Source: an uncultured delta proteobacterium (GTDB taxonomy: Bacteria > Desulfobacterota > Binatia > UBA9968). From it: a stretch of DNA of 64,000 bases. The position numbers and the translations under genes are program-made. The DNA lies in assembly GCA_963816145.1 (NCBI GenBank), contig CAWFJP010000013.1:128001-192000 (forward strand), read 5' to 3'. Below the pieces are notes generated by a model. The model was not told the DNA's origin, ran no database searches, and worked only from the letters and a program-made list of their open reading frames with translations. Below are positions 29,322 through 39,229 of the stretch, in pieces; the stretch's first letter is position 1; each line of letters starts with the position of its first letter.

Positions 29322-30419
29322 TCAGGGCTCAAAGCGTTTGCCGTCGAGAAAAAGATGCAGGCGCTCACCGTCGACGTTGAGTCCGATCCGTTCCCCCGAT
29401 CCTGCGCCTGTGTCTCGCCCAGCCCGGGCGACCAGATCGACATCGCCGCATTTGACGTGAAAAAATCGTTCCGACCCCAGATCATCGATGAATTCGACGA
29501 TGCCGTTGATCGGCGCTCGGTCGACACTGGTTACGCGAAGATCCTCGGGGCGAACGCCAAGCGTTAAAGTTTGTCCCGCCAGCCGAGCGAGATTTTCTCG
29601 GAGCAGACCCGCAAGATCCAGCTGGACATCCTTGCTGCGAAAAATCGTGCCGTTATCGTCGACAATGCCATCGATGAAATTCATCTGCGGCGTACCGACG
29701 AAGCGCGCCACCGTGGTATTGGCGGGCCGCTGATAAATCTCCAAGGCGGGGTCAATTTGTTGGATGATTCCCCGGTCGAGCACGATGATCTTCTCGCCGA
29801 GCGTTAGAGCCTCCACCTGGTCATGGGTGACGTAAACGATCGTCGCTTTGAGCCGCCGGTGCAGCCGCGCCAGCTCGACGCGCATCGTCGCGCGGAGCGC
29901 CGCATCCAAGTTCGACAACGGTTCGTCAAAGAGGAATATCTTCGGCTGGCGCACGATCGCCCGGCCCAAGGCGACGCGCTGGCGCTGGCCGCCGCTGAGC
30001 GCGCCCGGGCGGCGGTGCAGAAGCTCGCCAATCTCCAACAGACGGGCCGCCTCCGTCACTGCCACGTCAATTTCGTGTGCGGTCCGACCGCGCAGGCGCA
30101 ATGAAAACGCCAGATTGTCGAAAACGGTCATATGCGGATAGAGCGCATAGTTTTGAAAGACGAAGGCGATGTCGCGGTCGCGCGGCGGCAGCCCATCGAT
30201 GCGCCGGCCGTCGACGGCGATTTCCCCCGCGCTCGGCTGTTCCAGCCCCGCAATCAGCCGCAGGATCGTCGACTTGCCGCAGCCCGAGGGGCCGAGCAAG
30301 ATGCAGAATTCGCCTTCGGTGACTTCGAACGCAATGTCCGTGAGGACTTGGTTAGCACCGAACCGCTTGGATAATTTCTTGACCGAGAGCACAGCGATAA
30401 TTCCTCCGTTTCGATTCAA
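29322..30419 (-). CDS. Sugar ABC transporter ATP-binding protein (MalK-like)
   Basis: GPSGCGKS, FQNYALYPHM, LSGGQRQR, DEPLSNLD, VTHDQ. Confidence 0.95.
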   Translation of the reverse strand: MNRNGGIIAVLSVKKLSKRFGANQVLTDIAFEVTEGEFCILLGPSGCGKSTILRLIAGLEQPSAGEIAVDGRRIDGLPPRDRDIAFVFQNYALYPHMTVFDNLAFSLRLRGRTAHEIDVAVTEAARLLEIGELLHRRPGALSGGQRQRVALGRAIVRQPKIFLFDEPLSNLDAALRATMRVELARLHRRLKATIVYVTHDQVEALTLGEKIIVLDRGIIQQIDPALEIYQRPANTTVARFVGTPQMNFIDGIVDDNGTIFRSKDVQLDLAGLLRENLARLAGQTLTLGVRPEDLRVTSVDRAPINGIVEFIDDLGSERFFHVKCGDVDLVARAGRDTGAGSGERIGLNVDGERLHLFLDGKRFEP

Positions 30420-31249
30420 CCTTTCACCGCGCCCGCCGACAAGCCGCGCACGATGCCGTGTTGAAAAATCAGCGTGAGCAAGATCAGCGGCAAGGTAGCG
30501 ATCGTCGACGCCGCGGCGATCTCGCCCCAGGGCATCGTATATTCACCGGGGAACAGGGCGATACCAACGGGTAGGGTTTGAACGTTGGGATCGGTCATGA
30601 TGATCAAGGCGAAAAAGAACTCATTCCAGGCGTAAATGAAAACCAGCAGGGCGGCGGTGAGGATTCCGGGCGCCGCCAGCGGCAGCACGACTTTATAGAG
30701 TGCCTGCAGCCGGCTGCAGCCGTCGATTAGCGCAGCCTCTTCGATCTCGACGGGCACATCGCGGAAAAACGTCGCGAGAATCCATGTCGCCAGCGGCAAG
30801 CACAAGGCGACGTAGGCCGTCACCAGGCCTTGGTACGTGTTCAGCCACTGCAAGCGGTCTAGGATCGTCCAGACCGGACCGGCGATGGCGATCTGTGGAA
30901 ACATGGAAATCGCGAGCAGCAGGAGCAGGTAGAAATGCGTCCACTTCGACTGAAAACGCGCGATGGCGTAAGCAGCCAGCGAACCAACCGCGACGGTGAC
31001 CATCGTCGCCGAGGCGGCGACGATGATGCTGTTGGCGATGTAGTGGAGCAAGCCGTAGTTCTCCAATGCCGAGCGATAGAAGCTCAAATGAAATGACGGC
31101 AGTAAGATCGGCGGGATAGCAGTCAATTCCGTGCCACTCTTGAGGGAAGTAAGCACAAACCAGACAAACGGCACCAGACAATAGAGCGCAATGCCGCCGG
31201 AAAAGAGCGCCAAAGCAGCGGTGCGTTTCACAGCCCGGCCTCTTTCCAA
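30416..31249 (-). CDS. Carbohydrate ABC permease (MalG-like)
   Basis: EAA motif IEEAALIDG; AWNEFFFA. Confidence 0.95.
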   Translation of the reverse strand: MERGRAVKRTAALALFSGGIALYCLVPFVWFVLTSLKSGTELTAIPPILLPSFHLSFYRSALENYGLLHYIANSIIVAASATMVTVAVGSLAAYAIARFQSKWTHFYLLLLLAISMFPQIAIAGPVWTILDRLQWLNTYQGLVTAYVALCLPLATWILATFFRDVPVEIEEAALIDGCSRLQALYKVVLPLAAPGILTAALLVFIYAWNEFFFALIIMTDPNVQTLPVGIALFPGEYTMPWGEIAAASTIATLPLILLTLIFQHGIVRGLSAGAVKG

Positions 31250-32115
31250 CGGCTGGTTCTGAGCAGGTGTAGATAGACGAGCGCGAGAGTCAACGAAAGT
31301 AGAAACACCGTCACCGCGATCGCCGAGCCGTAGCCGATCATGCCTTCGGCGAAGGTTTTCTTATAACCATAGAACTGCAGCACGTTGGTGGCGTCGGCCG
31401 GACCGCCTTGGGTCATGACGTAGACGAGATCGAACACGCGTAGAGAATCGACGGTGCGAAACAACAACGCCAAAAGCAACGCCGGCTTGAGCAACGGCAG
31501 CGTGACATGGCGGAATTTCTGCCAGGACGTGGCGCCGTCGACGCTCGCCGCCTCGTAGAGCTCGTCGGCAATACTTTGCAGTCCGGCCAATATGATCAGC
31601 GCGGCAAAGGGCGTAGTCTTCCAAATCTCCGCGATCATGATCGCGGCCAAGGCAAGATAGGGATCGGCGAGCGGCGCCAGGTAGCTCGACGTATCGGCGC
31701 CGAACAGCATGAAATTCACCAAGCCGTAGCGGTCGTTGAAGATGAAGCGCCACATCTGCGATGCCACCACCGTCGGGATCGCCCAGGGGACGAGCACCAC
31801 GGCGCGCAACAGTCCCCGGCCGCGAAAGGCTTCGTTGAGCACCAGCGCGATGCCCAGACCGAGGAGCAATTCCAGCGGGATGGTGACGCCAATGAATAGT
31901 AACGTGGTCACGAGAGCGTCGCGCGCGACGGGATCGGTGGCGAGGTCGGCGTAGTTTTCCCAGCCGACCATGCGCTGGCCGAGCCAGGGCAGAGTTAAAA
32001 TCATGCGATAGAAACTCAAGCGCATCGATTCGACGATGGGAAAAAGCGAAAACAGCGCGACGAAGCAGAAACTCGGCAGCAAAAACCACAGCGCGGCGTC
32101 TTGAGATCTTTTCAT
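31228..32115 (-). CDS. Carbohydrate ABC permease (MalF-like)
   Basis: LYEAASVDGA EAA motif; PWAIPTVV; TQGGP. Confidence 0.95.
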   Translation of the reverse strand: MKRSQDAALWFLLPSFCFVALFSLFPIVESMRLSFYRMILTLPWLGQRMVGWENYADLATDPVARDALVTTLLFIGVTIPLELLLGLGIALVLNEAFRGRGLLRAVVLVPWAIPTVVASQMWRFIFNDRYGLVNFMLFGADTSSYLAPLADPYLALAAIMIAEIWKTTPFAALIILAGLQSIADELYEAASVDGATSWQKFRHVTLPLLKPALLLALLFRTVDSLRVFDLVYVMTQGGPADATNVLQFYGYKKTFAEGMIGYGSAIAVTVFLLSLTLALVYLHLLRTSRWKEAGL

Positions 32116-33398
32116 GGTGTTGACCTATCGCGCAGCAAATCGAGTACTCGGTTCATATCGCGCCCGGCGAAGGATGCGCGTTTGTCGATATCGGTATTGT
32201 GCAGCGCCAGGACCGAGCTGAAGTAACGCTGCATGATGTTCGACAACGGCGCATAGACCGGTGTGACCGGCCGCGGCGCCGCCTGCTTGAATGTTTCAAG
32301 CAGGGATTTCAGTTGCGGCATCTTCTTGTCAATTTCCGGATCATCATAGAGCGCGCGGCGGGTCGGCGCCCGACCGGTCGCCAGAGCGATGCGCTTCTGC
32401 ATGTTCGCGCCGGTCATAAACGCGGCGAAGCGCCAAGCGAGCTCCGGCTGGAGCGAATAACGGCTGACGCCGATCTGCCAACCGCCGAGCGCGGCCGCGC
32501 CCTGGGCCGGCGAGAATCCCGGTAACGGCGCCATGCCGACCCTGCCGGCGACCTTCGATCTCTCGGAGTCGTTGGCAACTGCCCAGGCATAGGGCCAGTT
32601 GCGGTGAAAAATCGCCCGCCCCTCGGTGAAGAGCGCCAGAGACTCGGGCTCTTCATAGGCGAGCACGCCGCGATGGGAAACCTCGCCGATGATGCGGTCG
32701 CGCACGAAGCGCACTGCCGCACGCGCCGCCGGCTGTTCCAGAGCGCTGACCATGGCCACTTCATCCCACAACTTGCCGCCGTTGCCGAGAATAAACTCCA
32801 TCATGTTGCAGATCAGGCCTTCATACTGCTTGAACTGGCCGGAGTAGCCGATCAATTGCGGGTCGTTTGCGGCGGTGAGGATCTTCTTGGCGGCATCGAC
32901 CAACTCCGGCCAGGTGCGCGGCGGCGCGACGCGATACTTGGTCAAAAGATCCTTCCGGTAGTAGAGCAAACCGGCGTCGATGAACAGAGGCACGCCGAAG
33001 ATCGGACCGCGGTAGCGATTGGCGGCGATCGGCGCGTCGAGAAACCGCTGCTGTTCGCTCTTAGAGAAGTAACGGTCCAGCGGCAAAGTCCAGCCGGCGG
33101 AGCCGAACTCGGCGGGCCAGATGACGTCCATGACGAAGACGTCCAGACGCGGGTCCCGATTCTTCAGCTTCTGCGTGAGCAGGTCGTGGAGTTGGGTCGA
33201 AGATTGCGGCCCGATCTCGCTAATGACCTTGACGCCCGGGTTCTGCCGCTCGAAATCGGCGATACCCTGGTTCCAAACTTCGGGCGCTTCCGAACGCCAG
33301 GTAACAAAGCGCAGTTCCGTCGTCTGGGCGTAAGCGACGCCGACGTAAACGCCAAGCACCAACGCAAGCATGACAGGGATCGCACGCGCGATAAACAT
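32112..33398 (-). CDS. Sugar-binding protein (trehalose/maltose-type)
   Basis: DVIWPAEF, DAGLLYYRKDLL, QYEGL, RNWPYAW, LGGWQ. Confidence 0.9.
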   Translation of the reverse strand: MFIARAIPVMLALVLGVYVGVAYAQTTELRFVTWRSEAPEVWNQGIADFERQNPGVKVISEIGPQSSTQLHDLLTQKLKNRDPRLDVFVMDVIWPAEFGSAGWTLPLDRYFSKSEQQRFLDAPIAANRYRGPIFGVPLFIDAGLLYYRKDLLTKYRVAPPRTWPELVDAAKKILTAANDPQLIGYSGQFKQYEGLICNMMEFILGNGGKLWDEVAMVSALEQPAARAAVRFVRDRIIGEVSHRGVLAYEEPESLALFTEGRAIFHRNWPYAWAVANDSERSKVAGRVGMAPLPGFSPAQGAAALGGWQIGVSRYSLQPELAWRFAAFMTGANMQKRIALATGRAPTRRALYDDPEIDKKMPQLKSLLETFKQAAPRPVTPVYAPLSNIMQRYFSSVLALHNTDIDKRASFAGRDMNRVLDLLRDRSTP

Positions 33399-33501
33399 GA
33401 GTCCAACATTCTACAGCGGGACTACGGTGACGCTGCCTCAGCGTAATTCTATGAGAATCTGTTGCTTAAGTAAGTAGGGAATGAAGCTTTGCGCCAGTCG
33501 G

Positions 33502-34341
33502 TTAATTCGGCAACGGCCAGTTCAACCACTCGGCGAGGCCGCGACCCATGATCCACTCGAACTCCGTGCTGGACAGCGATTTCATCTCTTCGGTGAAGAA
33601 CGTCACCACTTGTTTATAGGGGCATGGCAGATGCGAAAGATCGGTGCCCCAAAAACATCGCTGCGGGCCGAAGGCGTCGACGACGCGGCGCACCAGCGGA
33701 TGTAAGGTCGGAAATGGATAAGGCTCGGCGACGTAGCAGGGCAGCGCTGAAACCTTCACGGCGACATTCTTGTGGCGCGCGAGTTTGATCACGGCATCGA
33801 CCGAAGGGGTTAGATCCTTGCCGCGCAATACCGAATTGAGCCCCATGTGATCGACGATTAAACGTAGTCCTGGATGACGCTCGGCAACTTCGCCGAGCTT
33901 GGGCACGTCGGCCGGCGCCAGCGTCATGACCGGGATGTCGTATTTCTCGGCGGCGTCCCAGAACCAATCGGCGGTGCCATCATTCAACCATTGCGCCGAT
34001 TGTCCGCGATTGAAAACCATGCGGATGCCCAACATGTACGGCTGCTCTTTCCAGGTCGCCATCAATGCCGGGCCATTCGGATTGGTCAACGCTAGTTTGC
34101 CCATGACGCGGAAGCGATCGGGGTGCAGGCGCGCCGCTTCCAGTGATGTATCGTTCCGGTCGGCTTCCCAGGTCGGCGGCACGAGAATGCAGCGGGACAC
34201 TCCGGCGCCGTCCATCTCGCGCAACAATTCGTCATGGCCTAAGGGCACAGCGCGATGGGGCGCCGACGCATTTGCTTTGGCGTATGGCTTTTCCGGCGTC
34301 TCAGGGGCCCAGATATGCACTTGGGAGTCGATGATAAACAT
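33502..34341 (-). CDS. Amidohydrolase-2 family protein
   Basis: IIDSQVHIW, IVDHMG, VAVKVS, FWGTDL. Confidence 0.9.
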   Translation of the reverse strand: MFIIDSQVHIWAPETPEKPYAKANASAPHRAVPLGHDELLREMDGAGVSRCILVPPTWEADRNDTSLEAARLHPDRFRVMGKLALTNPNGPALMATWKEQPYMLGIRMVFNRGQSAQWLNDGTADWFWDAAEKYDIPVMTLAPADVPKLGEVAERHPGLRLIVDHMGLNSVLRGKDLTPSVDAVIKLARHKNVAVKVSALPCYVAEPYPFPTLHPLVRRVVDAFGPQRCFWGTDLSHLPCPYKQVVTFFTEEMKSLSSTEFEWIMGRGLAEWLNWPLPN

Positions 34342-34423
34342 TCTCTGGCAATGCTCCACGCGGCTGCGGCTATACCGAATTCATAATCCGGTAATCGTGC
34401 GGGCGTCAAGTTGGAATGGAAAG

Positions 34424-34451
34424 AAAGATTTCTCCCTGCGGTCGAAATGAC
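34424..34451. repeat. REP-like arm (AGATTTCTCCCTGCGGTCGAAATGACA)
   Basis: Same family as the arm at about 19677-19701. Confidence 0.55.
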
Positions 34452-34488
34452 AAAATGAGTTTCGACCGTCCGCAGCGGGTGGTGCGCT

Positions 34489-35914
34489 CTACGAATTCGC
34501 CAGGACGGCGGCGACGGTGTTCTCTGCCGCCTCTTCGCCGGTGCGGACACAGTCGGAGATGCCGACGCCATGGTAGGCGCTGCCGGCGAGGGCAAGAGTC
34601 GGGAACTGTCGCAATGCCGCTTCGATTCGCTGCACCCGCGCTTGGTGGCCGACATGATACTGCGGCATCGATTCGGGGTGGCGCCAGATGCGCGAAAATA
34701 TCGGTGCGGCGGTGACGCCAAGCAAGCTCGCTAGTTCGCCGCGAACGCTGCTCTCCATCTCGCTGTCGCTTGCGCTGAGCAGTTCCGGCTGCAAACTGCC
34801 ACCGACGAAGGCGCGCAGTAAGATCTTATCTTGCGGCGCCCGGCCGGGATATTTCAGACTGCTGAAAGTGCAGGCCATGATCTTACGCTTCTCGATGGCC
34901 GGTACGACGAAGCCGAAGCTGTTCGGCGCTCGGGGGAAATCTTCGCGACGGTAGGCGAGGCTGACCGTGGCGGTTGAGGCGTAGGCGATCCCTGTCAATT
35001 CGCCGGTGGCGCTGCTATCGATCTGCCTGAGCAGAGCGCCGGTGCGATATGCCGGTGAGGCGAGTATGACCGCATCGGCTTCGATAATTTGTTCGCTGCC
35101 GATGGCGATGCGCCAAGTATTGTCGGCGTGATGCTGCAACTCGGTCGCCGCGGCGTTCAAGCGCATCGCGCCTTGTGGCAATCGCTGGGCGAGATTGTCG
35201 ACCAGCTCTTGCATGCCGCCGGCGAGGGTGACGAACAGACTCCAGCGCGCGCCGCTGCCGGTTTCGGCTTTCTTGGCGCGCTGGCGCTGGGCCGACCACA
35301 TGGCGTAGATAACGCTTCGGCTGCTTTTTTCCATTTCTTTGAAGCGCGGCATGGTGGCGCCGAGACTGAGCTTGTCGGGATCGGACGCGTAAATACCGCC
35401 GACCAACGGCTGAGCGACCCGTTCCAGCGCTTCGTCGCCAAAGCGGCGACGCACGAATGCGCCGAGACTTTCGTCGCCGTTCGAATCGGCTGCGCGGCAA
35501 AAATAGCTCGCTCGCCATGCGCAGCTTGGCGGGCCAGGAGAACAGCGGCGTCTGGATAAACGGCCAGAGGCGCGTCGGCGCGAGCAGGAAAAACCCTTCC
35601 GGCAGCGCGACCAGCTTGCCGTCATGGACGATGTAGATTTTCTGATAGGCCGATTGGGTTGAGACCAGTCGGGCGGTCAAGCCGATACGCTCGCATAACT
35701 TTAGCGCCCAAGGCTTTTCAGTGATGAAGGAATCGGGACCAGCCTCGACGAGAAAATCGTTGACACGCTCTGTCGCGATGGAGCCTCCTAGACGAGGCGC
35801 GGCTTCGAGCAGAGTTGTTTTAACGTCGAGCGACTTTGCCCGGTTCAGCTCAACGATGCGATGAGCGGCGGCGAGGCCGGCGATGCCGCCGCCGATGATG
35901 ACGATGTGCTTCAT
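34489..35914 (-). CDS. hemY: Protoporphyrinogen/coproporphyrinogen oxidase HemY, frameshifted at about 35491
   Basis: N-part IGGGIAGL, EAGPDSF (ORF 35015-35914); C-part DESLGAFVRRRFG...MPQYHVGH...GVGISDC (ORF 34489-35625); removing one base at CCG CGC (A)GCC GAT joins them. Confidence 0.88.
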
Positions 35915-35923
35915 GATTAACTA

Positions 35924-35984
35924 GATCGAGGATGGATGATGGAGGATCGAGGGTTGCGATCGTCCATTCTCTACCCTCTATCCT
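35924..35984. repeat. GATGGAG-type short repeat / imperfect hairpin between hemH and hemY
   Basis: GATCGAGGATGGATGATGGAGGATCGAGGG ... CCATTCTCTACCCTCTATCCTT. Confidence 0.5.
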
Positions 35985-36915
35985 TGACCGAATTCATCTC
36001 ATCCCCAATGACATCCGCCATCATACGCACGAACGTCGGATGATCGTTCGGGCAGCCGGCACGGATCATTTTGACGCCCAATCCATCGGCGATTTTTTTC
36101 GCTTCGATGTCCAGGTCATAAAGCACTTCGACATGGTCGCAGACGAAGCCGATGGGTGCGACGACGACTTCTTTAGATCCTGCAGCGGCCAGCGTTCTTA
36201 TGGCGTCGCCGATATCGGGTTCCAGCCAAGGATCGCTGGGGCGGCCGCTGCGGCTTTGGTAGGCCTGGGACCAGTTTGGCTGGCCGAGCTTTTGCGCGAT
36301 CAAACGCGCGCTGGTTTGCAATTGCTCGACGTAACCGGATTTCGCTGCCATCGCCGTTGGCAGGCTGTGCGCCGTGAAGATTACCGGCGTCGAACGTGGA
36401 ATCGCCGGGTCGATCTTTGTCAGGGCTGCTTGGATCAGTTCCACCCAGCTTTGAACGAACAGCGGATGGTCGTGCCAGCCGCCGCAATAATCGACTTCAG
36501 GCGCGCCGGCGCCAAGCTCAACGCGGGCGTCGGCGATATTTTTCTGATAGCGCTCCCAGCTCGCTTCGGTGCGATGTGAGGAGAGAATGAAACCGAGAGC
36601 GTTCTTCACACCGTCCTCGGCCATGAGTTGCAACGTTGCGTTAAAAAACGGGCTTGCGTTGCGCATGCCGACATAAACGGGAATTTTGCGATCTTGGCGC
36701 TTGAGCAACTGTTCCAGGGCGCGCGCTTGGCGAAAGGTAATTTCGTTGATTGGGGATTTGCCGCCGACCGCTTCGTAATGTTGCGCGACTTCTTCGAGAC
36801 GCTGTGGAGGGAATGGCAGCCCCTGGGTTACCCGCGCGAGAAAGGGCCTGATTTCTTCGGCACAGTTTGGACCACCGAAGGCGATCAACAAAACAGCGTC
36901 ATAGGGTTTCGACAT
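35971..36915 (-). CDS. hemH: Ferrochelatase
   Basis: GGKSPI, FTAHSLP, AYQSRSG...WLEP, PIGFVCDHVEVLYDLD. Confidence 0.95.
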   Translation of the reverse strand: MSKPYDAVLLIAFGGPNCAEEIRPFLARVTQGLPFPPQRLEEVAQHYEAVGGKSPINEITFRQARALEQLLKRQDRKIPVYVGMRNASPFFNATLQLMAEDGVKNALGFILSSHRTEASWERYQKNIADARVELGAGAPEVDYCGGWHDHPLFVQSWVELIQAALTKIDPAIPRSTPVIFTAHSLPTAMAAKSGYVEQLQTSARLIAQKLGQPNWSQAYQSRSGRPSDPWLEPDIGDAIRTLAAAGSKEVVVAPIGFVCDHVEVLYDLDIEAKKIADGLGVKMIRAGCPNDHPTFVRMMADVIGDEMNSVKDRG

Positions 36916-36924
36916 ATCGCCGAT

Positions 36925-37959
36925 TCAGCGTGCGCTGAGTTCATGCACGGCTTCGACCATGGCGATGACGTGATCGACCGGGGTTTCCGGCAAGACGCCG
37001 TGGCCGAGATTGAAAATATGGCCGGGACGAGCGCCAGCGCGGCGCAAAACTTCCGCCACTCGACTTTTTATTTCTTTCGGCGATGCGAAAAGGGCAACCG
37101 GATCGAGGTTGCCTTGCACCGCGACATCGTGGCCAACGGCGCCCCAGCCTTCGTCCAAATTGACACGCCAGTCGAGGCCGATGACGTCGCCGCCGGCGGC
37201 GCGAACATGCTTTAACAAGCCGGCGGTTCCGGTGCTGAAATTGATCACAGGTATCCCCGGAGTCACCGCGTCGATCACCGCTTTGGTGTAGGGCTGAACG
37301 AACTGCTCGTAGTCGGCCGGCGACAGGCATCCTGCCCAGCTGTCGAAAATTTGCACCGCTTGGGCGCCGGCGGCGATTTGGCAGTTCAAATAGTCGCCAA
37401 TGACTTTAACGAGCTTTCCCATTAACCGTTTCCACGCTTCCGGGGCGGAGTAGAAGAGCCGCTTGGTATGAACATAGTTGCGCGAACCGCTGCCTTCGAT
37501 CAGATACGATGCCAAGGTAAACGGCGCGCCGGCAAAGCCGATGAGCGGCACCTTGTTCTTCAACTCCTTGCGGATCTTTTTGACCGACTCATAAACGTAA
37601 GCGAGTTCGGTTTCGACCTTGAAATCTTTCAGTCCATCGACGTCTTTGCCGCTGCGCACCGGGTGGTGCAGTACCGGGCCATCGCCTTTGGAATATTCCA
37701 AACCGACACCCATCGGTTCGAGAATCAGCAAGATATCGGCGAATAGAATCGCCGCGTCGACGTTGAGTTTGTACACTGGTGTGACCGTGATCTCGGTGGC
37801 GAGATCGGGGTTTTTGCACAGTGCGAGAAAATCATGTTGGGCGCGCAGCTTGCGGTATTCTTCCATGTAACGGCCGGCCTGGCGCATGAGCCACACCGGC
37901 GTATAGGAGGTCGACTCGCGGCGGCAGGCGGCGAGAAACGGATGATTCGTAGTAGCCAT
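36925..37959 (-). CDS. hemE: Uroporphyrinogen decarboxylase
   Basis: PVWLMRQAGRY, AILFADIL, GFAGAPFTLASY, QIFDSW, NLGHGV. Confidence 0.97.
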   Translation of the reverse strand: MATTNHPFLAACRRESTSYTPVWLMRQAGRYMEEYRKLRAQHDFLALCKNPDLATEITVTPVYKLNVDAAILFADILLILEPMGVGLEYSKGDGPVLHHPVRSGKDVDGLKDFKVETELAYVYESVKKIRKELKNKVPLIGFAGAPFTLASYLIEGSGSRNYVHTKRLFYSAPEAWKRLMGKLVKVIGDYLNCQIAAGAQAVQIFDSWAGCLSPADYEQFVQPYTKAVIDAVTPGIPVINFSTGTAGLLKHVRAAGGDVIGLDWRVNLDEGWGAVGHDVAVQGNLDPVALFASPKEIKSRVAEVLRRAGARPGHIFNLGHGVLPETPVDHVIAMVEAVHELSAR

Positions 37960-38004
37960 AAAATTAGTCGGAATGGAAAACAGTATGAAGCTTTGGCGGC
38001 AAAA

Positions 38005-39126
38005 TCAACTCGATCGCTTGCGCGGCGTGGCGGCGCCGATGGTTTGCTCGCCATATTTCCGGCGCAGCTTGTCGATGCCTTTGTACAGCCGCTCAAAGGC
38101 ATTGCGCCGCTCGCCATCGAGCAACGGTTCCTGCCAGCCCGAATCTTGCAGCGCGCTGGCGCTGACACCCAATAAGCGCACGGCGCGGCCCTGAGTAATA
38201 TTCTGACGCAGTAAATCGCGCACCGCCTGAAAGATTTCCTTGTCGAAGCAAGTGGGCGCGGCCAGCGTGCGCGATCGCGTGATTGTCTGGAAATTGCTGT
38301 AGCGAATCTTTACCGTCAAACAGCGCGCGAACAGTTCTTCACGGCGCAACCGGCCGCCGACTTCTTCGACCAACTCCCAGAGCACTTGTTCCATTGCCGT
38401 GATGGTCTTAAGAGGCGCGCTCAAGGTTGTTTCGTTGCCGATGGAATGATTATGGTGGCGATGGTGTTCCGCGGTTTCGCTGAGATCGAGATAGCGCGCC
38501 GCCAGTTCCGGTCTGGCGAGCAGATCGCCGATGGTCTTGATGCCGCGCTGGAGCATGGTTTTTTGGGTCTTGGGGCCGACGCCAGGGATCGTTTCTACCT
38601 TCTGCGGCGAGAGAAAATTAATTTCCGCGCCAGCCGGAATGTAAATGAGACCATGGGGTTTTGCCAAAGTCGCGGCGATCTTGGCGACGACGCGATGAGT
38701 CGACAAACCGCCGGATGAAGGCAATCCCACCTCTTGTTCAATTTGCCGGATGATCTTGTCGGTGATCTTGAGCGGCGGACCGAGGAGCCGCTCGGTGCCG
38801 GTGAGATCGACGAGCGCTTCGTCAATGGACAGCTTGTGCACTGCGGGGGAATACTGTTCGAGGATGGCGAAGACTTTGGCGGAGCATTCTCCATAAGTTC
38901 GGCGCCGGTTGGGCAAAAAGATTCCTTGCGGGCAAAGCTTTTTGGCTTGAAAGCCCGGCATGGCCGAATGAACCCCGAACTTTCTCGCCTCGTATGACGC
39001 TGAGGTCACCACGCCGCGGCCGTTGCGGCCGCCGACGATCACCGGTTTCCCTTTCAAGCTCGGATCGAGGGCCTGTTCGACCGACGCATAGAAGGCGTCC
39101 ATGTCGATGTGGAGGTACCAAGACAT
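38005..39126 (-). CDS. dinB: DNA polymerase IV
   Basis: HIDMDAFYASVEQ, SYEARKFGV, SIDEA, AKIA...KPHG. Confidence 0.95.
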   Translation of the reverse strand: MSWYLHIDMDAFYASVEQALDPSLKGKPVIVGGRNGRGVVTSASYEARKFGVHSAMPGFQAKKLCPQGIFLPNRRRTYGECSAKVFAILEQYSPAVHKLSIDEALVDLTGTERLLGPPLKITDKIIRQIEQEVGLPSSGGLSTHRVVAKIAATLAKPHGLIYIPAGAEINFLSPQKVETIPGVGPKTQKTMLQRGIKTIGDLLARPELAARYLDLSETAEHHRHHNHSIGNETTLSAPLKTITAMEQVLWELVEEVGGRLRREELFARCLTVKIRYSNFQTITRSRTLAAPTCFDKEIFQAVRDLLRQNITQGRAVRLLGVSASALQDSGWQEPLLDGERRNAFERLYKGIDKLRRKYGEQTIGAATPRKRSS

Positions 39127-39141
39127 TTTGGCTGATGTTTA

Positions 39142-39216
39142 ACCACGAAGGACACGAAGCTCGGACAAAGCAATCTTCTAAAATCTTTCTTCTCTTACAT
39201 TCGTGTTCTTCGTGGT
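39142..39216. repeat. Intergenic inverted repeat (ACCACGAAG-type)
   Basis: ACCACGAAGGACACGAA ... TTCGTGTTCTTCGTGGT; same family as the motifs at 11524-11798. Confidence 0.7.
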
Positions 39217-39229
39217 GAACATTCTCTCA

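Noticed and set aside
35480-35500. Programmed frameshift in hemY
   Set aside because: No convincing slippery site; similar isolated indels elsewhere point to sequencing error
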